This document shows positions 37,335-49,769 of a DNA stretch of 64,000 bases, one piece after another. Location of the stretch: NCBI RefSeq assembly GCF_963921235.1, contig NC_086097.1:152584001-152648000 (forward strand), written 5' to 3'. Each line of letters starts with the position of its first letter. Position 1 is the stretch's first letter. Made by a program: the position numbers and the translations under genes. The stretch is from Mobula hypostoma (Eukaryota). The notes beneath the pieces are model-generated. The model did no database searches. It was given only the letters and a program-made list of their open reading frames with translations, and had not been told where the DNA came from.

Positions 37335-39450
37335 TGCCTTACCTCTATCATCCAGTAGCACTTACATCACTGTGATTAAATGCTTTGAAAGGTTGGTGAT
37401 GAAACATAACAACTCCTGCCTTAGAAGTGACATGGATCCACTCCAATTTGCCTTCTGGTGGATCAAGTCCACAGCAGATACCATTTCATTGGCTCTTCAC
37501 TCAACCCTGGAACATTTGGACAGCAAATATGCATATATCAGGATGCTCTTTATCAACTACAGCTCAGTACTCAATACTATCTTCCGCTCAAAATAATCAA
37601 TCAGCTTCAAGACCTTGGCCTCTATACCTCCCTGTACAATTGGATCTTTGATTTCCTCACTTACTGAGGATTGGCAGTTTGGATAGACAAAAAAAACATG
37701 TCTGCCTCAATCTGCATAAGCACAGATGCACCACAAGGCTGTGTGCTTAGCTCCCTGCTCTACTTGCTTTGTACTTGTGATGTTAAGGCTAAGCACAGCT
37801 CGAATGCCATATCTAAGTTTGCTGATGATACCACTGTTGTAGGCCGAATCAAAGACAGTGATGACTCAGCATACAGGAGGGAGACTTCAGGAGGAGGAAA
37901 CCAGAGGTCCATGAGCCAGTCCTCATCAAGGGATCTGAGGTTGTGATGGTCAGCAAATTTAAATTCCTCAGCGTTATCATTTCACAGGATCTGTCCTGGG
38001 CCCAGCATGTAAGTGCCATTACTATGAAAGCGTGACAGCACTTCTACCTCCTTAGAAGTTCGCGAAGATTTGGCATGACATCTAAAACTTAGACAAACCT
38101 CTTTAGATGTGTGGTGGAAAGTATATTGACTGGTTGCATCATGGCCAGGTATGGAAACACCAATGCCTTTGAATGGAAAATCCTATAAAAAGTAATGGAT
38201 ACAGCCAAATCCATCATGGTTAAAGCCCTCCCCACCATCAAGCAAATCTACATAGAGAGCTGTTGCAGGAAAGAAGCAATTGTCAACAGTGACCCCCAAC
38301 TCTCAACTCTGCTCTGTTCTCACCACTGCTATGAGGAAGGAGGGCCCACAACACCAGGTTTAGAAATAGTTATTACTCTTCAACGACCAGGCTCTTGAAC
38401 CAAAGGCATTAACTTCAGTTGCCCCATCACTGAACTGTTCCCACAATCTATGAACTCACTTTCAAGCTTCTTCATTTCAAGTTCTTTATATTTATTGTGT
38501 AATGCTCTGGTAAAGATTTTACTGCTAATGTTGTAGAGTATTTCATGTAATGGTTTTGTGCAGAAGCACTGTGTTTTGCTGTAGTGTTTGGGTTACCGTT
38601 AAAGATAAGGGTGCTTAAGAATGTTGTGTCATCTGATCAGGATGATGTAACTGGGAAAAGGTTCTAGAGAATGCTGGGAGAAAGGTTTTGTGATGGACAC
38701 TGAGGTGGATTGAGTTTCTTTTCAGTGGAAGGTGGAGAGGAAAGAAGCTCGAGAGAACCGGCTGTAAGATTCAATCCGGTGGGAATACATGATTCAGTGG
38801 AGCCCAAGAAGGCGATTTCTACCAGGGATCAGTGAAAAGGAGTTGGTGCTGTGAGTACATTAGATACAATGGCTTTTGGGAGGTTTGAGCTCCAACCTGT
38901 GCACATTTGACTGTTCTATTATGATGGGCCTTTTTGTTTTTTCCTTTTCTTTAATAATTGTTTGGTTAAGCTAACATTCATAAATATCCTTTCTTTATAA
39001 TTGAATGCATTGTATGATCTATTGTTTCTTGTTTCTTACTGCACAGGAGCGGTAAGTTACACAGTATTCATACAGATCAGGGTTCGAGTGGACGAGACTT
39101 CCGAACCTCATGGGTTTGGCAGGACCCAAGTCATATCTATCTTAGATGTATGGAGTCTGTGAATGGTGGTTTTCTCACCGCTGATTCTGGTGACAGTTAA
39201 TGAGGGGCTAATAAGCCACATTTCCAGAGACGCCTGGTAAAAAGGGGTTTCAATTGCTTATTTATTTATTTATTACTATTATAAAACATTTTTTATCATC
39301 TCAAGTTGGTAAAACCTGAGGAACAGGCATAGCCAAGCATGCTCATTTGATTGTTCTTATTATTAATACTATTATTTATTTTGTATTTGCACAATTTGTT
39401 GTCTTTTGCACTTTAGTTACTTGTCCATCCTGTTGGGTGTAGTCTTGGGT
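37335..39450 (+). mobile_element. Rex1/Babar LINE RT to 3' UTR, interrupted by a solo LTR
   Basis: KCFERLVMKHNNSCL..DPLQFA, RMLFINYSS, APQGCVLS.LLY, KFADDTTVVG. Confidence 0.88.
38498..39252. mobile_element. Solo LTR (755 bp) with 4-bp TSD
   Basis: TGTAATGC...GGGTTTCA, flanked by ATTG (38494-38497, 39253-39256). The host Rex1 3' UTR rejoins across it. Confidence 0.8.
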
Positions 39451-39574
39451 GTGGAACATACAGTAACATTGTAGGTAAACATTGATAGGGAAACGAACAT
39501 TCAACAAAACTTAACCAAGAAGTTTCAAGGATGTTAAAAGGCCATAGGTAAGAACTTTTGCTTTTATTTAGCAT

Positions 39575-39878
39575 TATAAAGTCATTTAGAGATACAATAT
39601 TGAAACCAGCCCTTCAGCCAACAGAATTTGTGGTGACCATCAACATCGATTTACTCAAATCTTGCACTAATCCTGTTTTATTCACATCAATTCCTTCCTG
39701 ATTCTAGCACTCCACTACACATTAGGGACAATTAACCAACCAACCAGCATGTCTTCCGATTGTGGGCGGAGGAAATCCACATATTCACAGGGAGAACGTG
39801 CAAACGCCGCAAAGCAGCAGTAGAGTTTAAAAATTACAGCCAAGATTCTGGTGCAGTAAGACAGTACCACTGCGCTAT
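39575..39878 (-). mobile_element. V-SINE/HE1-like SINE
   Basis: Plus strand CACAGGGAGAACGTGCAAAC and CATGTCTTCCGATTGTGGG core. Confidence 0.65.
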
Positions 39879-41754
39879 CTACTTCTTTATGATAGAAGTA
39901 TTTCTACTTTCATAATTGCTTCCTAAATTACTGGAGGTATGCCCTCCTCTGGCACCTTTGAATTTGTAATTTTAAGGAATAATTTTAAATGGCCAATACT
40001 TGATACACAATGGAAAAACTGTCAGCATCTTTGGAGAACAATACAGAATTAGGTTAACAACTTATTGATCCAAAATGCCAAACCTATTTCCCTTTTTACA
40101 ATGATGCTGCCTAACCCACTGAATGTTTTCTGGTATTTTCTATTTTATTTCAGTTTTCTAGCATTGTCAGGTTTTTTTTTGCTTTGAACCTGTTTACATA
40201 GCTTTTGTTCCTCAGTTTTGTTGACTTCAGATTGGACATAAAGGTGAATTGCAGGTGGCTGATCCAATATCACCAAGTCTGCCCCACTTCTCTGTCAAAG
40301 GTACTTCAAGTGAGTTTGATTTTCTTTCTTCCCAAGGAGATCACTTTGACAACTGGACTTTTAAAATGGTTGCATTAAAAGCCTGGTAATAACTAACAGA
40401 ATATAATATTTCAAGACAACTCTGTTCATTTGAGAGTCATATATATTGATCATTCTCAGCTGGTATTACTTTTGCTCCTAGCAGAAAAAAAGGTAGTGGA
40501 TTCCACTCCAGAAAGCTTAGCACAACAATCCTTCCTGACACTCCAGGACAATATTGCAGTTAGAATGCTGCCTCACAACAGAAAAACTAAACCAAGAGCC
40601 TTTGAGCTCTCTCTCTGTGGATATAAAATGTGTTGCAGCATTACTTTGTAGTGCTGGGAAATGATTCTCTGTATCCAGGCCAGTATTCAATCCTCAATCA
40701 AAATTTCCAAAGTAAGTTGTCTAATTAGTAACACACTTCTGCTGAGCATATTGCTTTGTACAAGTTGACTACCAAGTTTCCATATTAGTCAAAATTGGTT
40801 GTGAAACACATTATATATGCTAAGGAAACATGAAAGCTGCTATACAAAATGCAAGTCTTCTATTTCTCTTTCTTCATGTTCCTTAAACTGCACTTTCATT
40901 TTCAAACAAAATCTCACATCCTATCCATTTCAACTACCTCTAATTTTATTAGTTTAAAATTATTCATATCCCTGAAGATTTATGATTTGTTTTGGCCTGA
41001 GGGAGGGTAATGTTTAAAAAAATATTAATTAATTATTGCAGCTGACACAGGGAGAGTCATCACTCATTTTTTGATTGTGATCCATCTTGGCAAGCATTTA
41101 CTACAGACATTACATGAAAATCAGATCAGACTGATCTTAATACCAAAAAAGGTAATGAAATTTCATCAGACCCACTCCCTGTTCATTTGCTTAAGTAATG
41201 GTGGGTGTCTGAGAATTGCTTATCTTTTAATCTTGTGACCTTAATTCCCAAATTTATCATTATGTGTGACTTAATTATTAGCTTATATTACTTTATATTT
41301 TAATAAACTGGACACCCATACTAAATACCTTAACTATTGAAAATCCCCCTTTTCATTCCACTTTATGTATAAAGTTTCTTTATCTAAGTCAAAATAGTTT
41401 CAGCTAAGATTAACAGAGGAAAGGTTTAGGGAACCTGGAATGTAAGGTTTACCAACTGACAGTATTTTTAAGCTCTTGCTGCTTGTTCAGCCATGAACAT
41501 TCTATCTCTCACAGCACTGGATTATAGTTGTTATCTGGGTCCCAGGAATAGATTCATCCTTTCACACCATACTAATCAACTAGCCTGCTGGGTCAATCAT
41601 CCATTGTTCTCAGGAGAATTACAGACCTGCTGGCTTTATGCAACAGGCATTGCCTTTACGTGCTGCAGGTCCACTTGGAGTACTGCAGATTTGTCACCCT
41701 CATATAAGATTTTAACTTTTCTCATAGGTCATATATTGTCTAAAACATTAAGAA

Positions 41755-42068
41755 AGGTCTGCATAGTTAGTACTGTTGTTCCACCACACCAGTGACCTGA
41801 TTTTCATACTAATCTTGGGCATTGTCATTTTACAGTTTGCATGTTCTTTCTGTGACCACACAAAATTCTTCAGGGCACTGTAGTTTCCTCCCCTATCCTG
41901 TAAACCATGCAGCTCAGTAAATTAATTGCGTGTTTTGAATTGCTCCTATTGTATAGATGCGTGATGGGTATAATCAAAATGTGGGGAGATTAAAATGGGC
42001 TGGAGTAAAATAAATATTTGATGATCAGTACATAGTAAACTGAAGAGTTGTTTCTGTTCTATACAGTT
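41755..42068 (+). mobile_element. V-SINE/HE1-like SINE
   Basis: AGTTTGCATGTTCTTTCTGTGACC...AGTTTCCTCCC core. Confidence 0.6.
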
Positions 42069-42375
42069 CTATTAAATGGTTAATTGCTTTATTGAAATGC
42101 AATAATCACAATGTGACAGCTAATCAGAACAGACATTTAACCAAGGATGTCCAACTTTATTTCCTAATTTCAAATTGGGCAGAAAATTGGCTGTGCTAAA
42201 CCATTATTCTTTGTGGCTGTCTACAGTTATTTCTCCTCAGTTGCTTTCCAGAGTTGATTAAGAACCAGCTCTAAGGGGCTGGTGAATATCCATCTCTCAA
42301 AAGGTGATGATCCTCTGTAAATCTTTGTCCCAATGTGCTGTAGAGAGTCAGTATCTGAGTTGATGCAGAATGGAT

Positions 42376-43250
42376 TCACAGGAGACTGCAGATGCTGGCA
42401 TCTGCAGCAATAAACCTACTGCTGGAAGAACTCAACTGGTCATCCAGTACCTGCGAAAGGAAAGGAATGAAGAGTAGCCTACAACCTATGGTATAGTCAT
42501 TGATTTTTCCAGTTCGCAACATTCTCACAGTTCCACTCTTACAAAGATTACAAGGTTCTCTCTCCCTCTGGTCACCTCTTCCCCCGCTCCACCTCATCCT
42601 TACCTGGATCTGTTATCCTCTCCCACGTACTTCCAGCTGCATATCACCCACATTCCAATCCATTTGGGTTTTTTCCCCCTTGATCTACCTTCCTATTGAC
42701 CGCCTGCACTTAGTTTCATCTGCTCAACATCTTCAACTTATCTGGTACCACATCCCATTCCAAAATTTATTTTCCCCTTCCCTTCCCAAGTTGGATCTTT
42801 GCTCCTCATTGCTCCCATTGTTTTTCCTTATCTGTTTCCGTTCATCATCAATCAATGTCTCTAAAGTCACTCCCCTTCCTCCACCCTGTCATTTGCTTTT
42901 CATCCTCACTCCAGTCCACCTATCACCTACCAAACCCTATCTCACTGCTCCTGTTCACTTCTATTTATTGGCATTTCCACTCTGCATTCTCATTCTTAAT
43001 GCAGGATCTCGACCCAAAATAAATGGACCATACCTTTGCCTCCACAAATACAGCTTCATCTCCACCCTGCATCCACACACGGGGGCAGAGGTGGACTTCA
43101 CAGTGGACGATTAACCCATCTACTCCATTTGTTTTTTTTATTTTTGGGATGTGGAAGGAAACTAGAATGCCCAAGGGAAACACACAGGGTCACAGGGAGA
43201 ACGTGCAAAATTCCGCAGATCCACTGATTTCCTCCAACATTTTGATTTGA
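42376..43250. mobile_element. Old inverted Penelope tail structure with a nested SINE piece (43065-43218)
   Basis: Minus tail 42376-42470, pyrimidine-rich body, degenerate hammerhead near 42992-43030, plus-strand tail resuming at 43219. Confidence 0.6.
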
Positions 43251-43777
43251 GGTCATTTAGAATAAATATTAATAGATTTCCAAACGTTAAATGAATTGGC
43301 AGATGTGGGATCCTGATGGAAACTGACACTATGATGAAAGATACTTCATGACCTTGATGAATTTTGGAGTCAACTTGATTGATCTAATTTTAATTTTGTT
43401 TCTTATGTAGGTATTCTTATCTTGCTACCTAACTGTCCAATAACGTGTATCTCAGGTTGACATCTTCCAGTCTAGACAGTCAGTCATCATTAGTTTATCA
43501 TTTGGAAGTGTATTTTGTTGGATTTTTCTGGACAGATCCACAAAAATGTAAACCTTCCTCAACTTATGAGGCTCAGTTTTGACCACAAGAAGCAATGTTA
43601 CTGGACCCTGTCTTTTACTATCCAACAATCCTTTTTGAAGGACCCTGCCTGCATTCCTGGGTCATAAAGCTAGTCTTCCTATAGTTTTGTGAATTTAAAA
43701 AAAGCAGACGAACTGTGAATCGACATGCAGAGCATACATCAGTACACCAATTCCATTCCCCTTCTACAATTTGCAAA

Positions 43778-44600
43778 AATAGGTTTCAATAGGTACATTT
43801 AATGTCAGAGAAATGTATACAATATACATCCTGAAATTCTTTTTCTTCGCAAACATCCACGAAAACAGAGGGTGCCCCACAGGATGAATGAGAGTTAAAT
43901 GTTAGAACCCCAAAGCTCCCCCCCCATGCATAAGCAGCAGCAAAGCAATGACTCCCCCTCCCCCACCAGCAAAAAAGCATCTGCACCCTCCACCGAGTAT
44001 TCAAGCGTGCAGCAAAGCATTAATAAAGACACAGACTTGCAGTACCTCAAAGACTACTCATTCACCCAGTGTTCGACATACCACAGGCTCTCTCTCTCTC
44101 TCCTTAATAAGAGAAAAAGGGGTGTCCCCATTTTACAGTGAGAGGGGAGACATAACAAAACAACTTGCTGATTTAAGGTGTTAAAAGTCCGTTGCATCAA
44201 TTTTTGCAATCTCTGTGCCCAAAGAACTTGGGTCTCTGGGCACACAGCCAGCAGCCAGCTCGCTGCTTTCGATCCTCCATGTGCTCCTATGACACATCAG
44301 GTGGCGGCACCAGCCTTGAATCAGCCCGTCTCTAGAGCCACATAAATCTGGCACCCTGAAAGTGCCCTAGTCTTCCAGGCCACGTCCTTGGTATATCAAA
44401 AAGCGTCCGGTTGTGAGGCCCTGAGAGCAGGTCCCATCTCCGCATAGAACTGAAGTCAGCGTGTAACTCCAGGTCAGGGTCTTAAAAAGAACCCTGAAAA
44501 AGACAAAAAAAGAGATATTAAAGATAGAAATAGAGCTGTTTCCGAAGATGCTAGCAAAGGAGTCGCTGCTGGGTGACATCATCCTAAGCTCCGCCCCTCC
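43778..44600 (-). mobile_element. Non-autonomous non-LTR-type repeat
   Basis: GC-rich 5' end GGAGGGGCGGAGCTTAGGATG, and a Rex-like 3' end GATGTATATTGTATACATTTCTCTGACATTAAATG with a repeated tail. No coding similarity. Confidence 0.5.
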
Positions 44601-45651
44601 ATTACCTGGAAAATAATTTGTTAAGCTAAATTTCATAAATTAGAAAACTTGGTGAAATGCATTATGGGAATCTTCAAAGTTCAAAATTCAAAGTAAATTT
44701 TATTACGAAGTACAAACACATCACCATATACAACCCTGAGATTCATTTTTTGCTGGGCATACTAAATAAATCTATAGAATAATAATGATAACAGAATAAA
44801 TGAAAGTCCACCCAACTTGGGTATTCATCTGAATGCAGAAGACAACAAACTGTGCAAATAGAAAAAGAAATAAATAAATTCACAATAAGTATTGATAACA
44901 TGAGATGAAGTGTCCTTGAATGTAAGCCCATTGGTTGTGGGAACACTTCAATGATAGGGCAAATGAAGATGAGTGACATTATCCCCTTTGGTTCAAGAGG
45001 CTAATGGTTTCTTTTTGATGGCAGCAGCAAGAAGACAACATATCCTGGGTGGTGGTGGTGGTCCCTGATGATGGATGCAGCTTTCCTGCAATAGCGTTTC
45101 ATGAGATGTTCTCAATGGTTGGGAGAGCTTCAGTCATGATGGACAGGGCTGCATCCACTACTTTTAGTAGAATTTTCCATTCAAGGATTTTAGTGTTCCT
45201 ATACTAAGCTGTGATGTACCCAATCAATATAACCTCCACTAAACATCTATAGAAGTTTGTCAAAGTTTTAGCTGTCATGACGAATATCCACAAACTCCCA
45301 CGAAAGTAGAGGCCCTGCAGTGGTTTCCTCATAATGGCACACTGACGTGTTGGACACAGGATAGATGCTCGGAAATAATAACACCAAGGAACTTGAATTT
45401 GCTTACCCTCTCCACTTCCGATCCTCCAATGAGTTCTGGCTCATGAAACTCTGGTTTCCTTCTTATGAAGTCAATAATCAGCTCCTTGGACTTGCTGACA
45501 TTGAATAAGAGGTTGTTGTTACGACACCACTGAGCCAGATTTTCAAATCCCTCCTATATGCTGATTCATCACCACCTTTGATTCAGCCAACAGCAGTGGT
45601 ATCATCAACAAATTTGAATATGACACTGGAGCTGTGCTTAGTCACACAGTA

Positions 45652-47103
45652 GTCTCAAAAAATTTAACCTTCTTAGTTTAATTTATCAAAATTATTTATT
45701 TATACCTTCACTAAGTGATCCTACCTTTTTTCTTTGGAGGAATAAAGGAGTCTATTCCTTCATGGATCTGTTCCAAGAAGGCCAATTGATGTCTTTTGAG
45801 AAATTAGTAACTAAATACTCTCTCTCGTACTCACATTTCTTGCAATATCTTCAGGTCAGACATTTCTTACAAGAATATTTAAGTAATTTTCCATATATGC
45901 AGGATTCTGACCAGTATTTTAAAAACGGGTCCTTTAGTGAAAGGTTTAATTATGAAAATTTATAATTTACGATTACAACAGTACAATTATCCTTCACTTA
46001 AGCAAGATTGGGAAAGAGAGCTTAACATGAGCTTGATAACAGAGTAAACACAAGGAATACTGCAGATGCTGGAAATTCAAGCAACACACATCAAAGTTGC
46101 TGGTAAACGCAACAGGCCACCAGCAGAACGATGCTGCCTGGCCTGCTGTGTTCACCAGCAACTTTGATGTGTGTTGCTTGATAACAGAGGATTGGTTGCG
46201 GATTTTGAAGTTGGTTAAGTCTTCTTCGATTTGTGCCAGTCACTCTTTAATTCAATTTAAAATTGTACATCGTTACTATTTGACAAAGGAGAGACTGTCT
46301 AAAATATTTCCTAATGTTGATAGTCAGTGTGGTAGATGTAAAACCAAGATAGGTACACTGACACATATGTTTTGGTCGTGTTCTGTATTGAAACAGTTTT
46401 GGAAATCTATTTTCTCTACAATTTCTAAAGCTTTAAAAATTAATTTACAACCTAATAAATTGACAGTTTTGTTCGGTATAATCCCTCAATATATTCATTG
46501 TATTTCTATATCAGATCAACATGTAATTGCATTTGTTACATTATTGGCCAGAAGGGCTATTTTATGAAAATGGAAAGATGCCTCTGCTCCCACTTTGATA
46601 GGATGGTTCTCTCAGGTGATGTTATGTCTTAGTTTGGAGAAAATCAGAAGTCGAACTTTTGATCCTTGATTTGACTTTGAGAAAAGGTGGGGTTCTTTTG
46701 CCTGCTGCTATCATCTGATTTGAGTTAATTAAGATGATTTCCTTCTGATTCTTGTTTAAATGGATTTGAGTTGGCGGATTGATGTTTTCTTTTATGGAAG
46801 CTTGTATGGCGTATAGCTCCGGGGTTGTGCTCCCAATGGTTTTTTCCTTTTTTTTGTTAGCAGGGTTTTTTTTTGTTTTAGTTAGTAGAGGTTCTTTTTT
46901 CCTTCTTTCTTTTTTCCAAAAGAATAGTTTTAACACTTTATTTTTTCTTATTATTATTGATATATTGTACAGCTTTGTTAATCAGTTATTTGGTAATTTA
47001 ATTTCTCATTGTACATATTGACATGTTGACTTGATTACTTTAGTGTATTTTTTGTTGATCTTCAATAATGATTAATAAAAAAGATTTTAAAATGAAAAAA
47101 AAT
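45652..47103 (+). mobile_element. L1/Tx1-clade LINE 3' portion
   Basis: HFLQYLQVRHF, LIQFKIVHRYYLT, CGRC....GTLTHMFWSC zinc motif, ARRAIL. AATAAA and A-rich tail at 47074-47103. Confidence 0.88.
46045..46175. mobile_element. 131-bp fold-back Penelope tail insert lacking the hammerhead; 14-bp TSD
   Basis: GCTTGATAACAGAG at 46031-46044 and 46176-46189. Inverted arms ~46078-46118 / 46139-46180. Confidence 0.88.
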
Positions 47104-47852
47104 GAAGTGTAAAGCGGGTAGAACAGGAAGCTAAGCACACAGTCTTGTGGTGCACCTGTGCTGATGGAGATTGTGGAGGACATACTGTTACCAAGCGGAA
47201 CAGACTGTGGTCTGTAAGTGAGGAAATGAAGGATCTAATTGTACAGGGAGGTATAGAACCTAAGGTCTTGAAGCTTATTAGTTATTTTGAGGGGGAGATA
47301 GTATTGAATGGTGAGCTGTAGTTGATAAAGAGCATCCGTATATTTACAGTTTTGCTGTCCAAATGTTCCAAGGTTGAATGGAGAGCCAACAAAACGTCAT
47401 CTGCTGTGGACTTGTTTCTCCAGTAGGCAAATTGGAGCGGATCCAAGTCACTTCTAAGGCAGGAGTTGAATGAAGAGCCAATGAGATGGTATCTGCTGTA
47501 GACTTGTTGCTCCAGCAGGCACGTTGGCACATTGGAGTTGCTTCTCAGACAAAATTTGTTATGCTTCATCACTAATCTCTTAAAACACTTCAATACTGTG
47601 GATGTAAGTGCTGCTGGATGATAGTCATTCAAGCAGATTTTCACACTCTTCTGAGTACAACATATTCCTATGCTCAGAGAACAGTGTGCTATTCACTAGT
47701 AGAATATATCTTCATAAGTTGAAGCCATGTACCAAAAAGAGGCAATGGCATTACGACAAAAATTGTCAATCAAACAGATTTAAATTGAGGGGTACTTGAA
47801 TTTCAATTCAAATACTTGATCAACATAAAAGCCAGGAAAGATTTGATTAAAT

Positions 47853-47994
47853 TTTCATCAGGAGTCCTGATGAAGGGTCTTAGCCCTAAATGTCAACTAC
47901 ACTCTTTTCCATAGATGCTATCTGGCCTGCTGAGTTCCTCCAGCATTTGTGTATGTTGCTTGGATTTCCAGCATCAACTAATTTTCTCTTGTTC
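47853..47994 (+). mobile_element. Penelope tail insert with a short 5' inversion and mutated hammerhead
   Basis: TTCATCAGGA-G-TCCTGATGAA palindrome at the 5' end. Core CTGATGA kept; GAAA has become TAAA. Confidence 0.8.
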
Positions 47995-48769
47995 TTAAAT
48001 TTGCTTTAAGTACTTTTTGCAGCTCCCCCACATTTTAAAGGAAATATCCTTTACTGACTTTGATGACTAACCCATTCCTAATCTAGCTATCAATAAGGAA
48101 GCATGGCCTTGTTTCAACTGTTTTGGATTTCTTTTGTGAAGAAAAATGAGGGCAATACAACAACACTAATGTTTGCAGCTGTCTTTGTAAATATCATCAC
48201 TCTGATTTTAATTTTGCTTGTACTTACACTTGTTTTTTTAGATTTTGACATTAATGTCAAAGACAGCAGTTGTTACTTAATATAATTTACTCTTGATGGT
48301 GAGCTATCGTCCCATTTGTTAAAGTAATCTTCAAATGCCTTTAGGAGTCAGTTGCAGGAGAAAATCTCAGCGATAGTGAATGAACATATTTCCCAGGAAA
48401 TAAGTTGAGAAGAAGCTTCAGATTGTGGTATTCCTATACCCTTGCTGCCCCTGAAGCTTTTGGAGGAAGAGAGGGTGGTTTTGTTTCCGTAGACCAGTCA
48501 AGAATTTGCAATCTTTCACAACATCTTTCACAACTAGATGTGGCAAGACTGGGGGGCTTTGATCTGATCTGTGGATTGCAACATTAGCTCTTCATATTTC
48601 ATGCTGTTTTTGCTGTTCAACTGTGTAGCAGTTTCTCTTGCTTGGAAGCTCTTTTGTAGCTGAGTGTGATGTTGCTCCCAACATGCCCACCTCTCTTGCA
48701 ACTGCTGATGATCACCTGCTTGATAGTGATAACAGACTGATTAAAGAACAGCTTTATTTCTCACATGTA

Positions 48770-48845
48770 CAATACCGTGCAAAAGTCATAAATACGCATG
48801 TATATAAATATAACTAGGGTGCCTAAGACTTTTGCATAGTACTGT
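48770..48845. mobile_element. Tiny Tc1-type MITE
   Basis: TA-CAATACCGTGCAAAAGTC ... GACTTTTGCATAGTACTG-TA. Confidence 0.7.
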
Positions 48846-49023
48846 AGTAATGTTATGTATTGCACTGTACTGCTGCTGGAAAATAAATAATTTCATGACA
48901 TGTGAATGATGATAAACCTGATTCTGATATGGGGCTTTATTCTTTATATAGGACTCAGAATAGAAAGAAGCAGGGATAGGGTGCGGGAAGCACCAAAGAA
49001 ACATTCAGTAATGATGACAAATA

Positions 49024-49095
49024 CAGTATTGTACGTAAGTCTTAGGCACCCCAGCTATACACTGTATATGTAGCTTAGACTTTTGCAGAGTACTG
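49024..49095. mobile_element. Tiny Tc1-type MITE (second copy)
   Basis: TA-CAGTATTGTACGTAAGTCTTAGGCAC ... GACTTTTGCAGAGTACTG-TA. Confidence 0.7.
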
Positions 49096-49479
49096 TACAT
49101 TGAAACCTACAGTGAAAATGCATCATCTTGCATTGACGGCCAGCAGAGTCTAAGGATGTGCTGGGGAAGCCCGGAAGTGTTGCTATGCTTTCAGCACCAA
49201 TGTGGCATGCCCACAACTTACTAAACCTAATGGGGGAGGAAATATAGCACCCAGAGGAAACCCACGTCGTCATGGAGAGCATATATAAACTCCTCACAGA
49301 CAACAGCACAATTGAACACAGTGTTTGTACATTGATATCTGAGATGGTTTACGTTTTTACATCCCTTAATAAAGATGCTTTAGCATTAAAGATACCAAGG
49401 AAGCATCTAGTACTTGTTTGTTATGTGTCATTTCAATATGATCATCAATATGGTCAGTTTTCCATGACCATGATTGTTT

Positions 49480-49755
49480 ATTTATTTATTAAGATACCGT
49501 GTGAAATAGGCTCCTCTGACCTTTTGAGCAAGACTGCCTAGCAACCCCCAATTTAACCCTAGCCTAATCAAAGGATAACTTGTAATGACCAATTAACATA
49601 CCAACCGGTATGTCTTTGGACTGTGGGAGGAAACTGAAGCACCTGGAAGAAACCTATGTGGTCACGGGGTGAACACACAAACATCTTACAGGCAGCAGAG
49701 CGAATTGAACTTGGGTCACTGGTACTGTAAAATATCGTGCTAACTACTGAGCTAT
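49480..49755 (-). mobile_element. V-SINE/HE1-like SINE (another partial copy at ~49100-49310)
   Basis: Plus strand GTCTTTGGACTGTGGGAGGAAACTGAAGCACCTGGAAGAAACC...GAATTGAACTTGGGTCACTGG. Confidence 0.75.
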
Positions 49756-49769
49756 TTTTACTACAAAAC

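Larger units (their letters stand above)
44676..47645 (-). mobile_element. Rex1/Babar LINE interrupted by an L1/Tx1 fragment
   Basis: LNDYHPAALTSTVLKCFKRLVMKH...DPLQFAY...RMLFINYSSPFNTI (47282-47644), KFVDDTTAVG. (TTTGAAC) tail at 44676-44693. Confidence 0.88.

Noticed and set aside
40214..40310. Possible plus-strand host exon (polypyrimidine-AG ... GTGAGT), open as FVDFRLDIKVNCRWLIQYHQVCPTSLSKVLQ
   Set aside because: No recognisable protein and no consistent neighbouring exons. Needs RNA-seq or homology support.
42500..43114. 204-aa ORF
   Set aside because: Low-complexity pyrimidine-rich Penelope 3' region, naturally poor in stop codons.
48290..48720. Open stretch on the minus strand (WEQHHTQLQKSFQ...STDQIKAP), vaguely transposase-like
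   Set aside because: Too degenerate to assign. No TIRs or catalytic motifs were identified.
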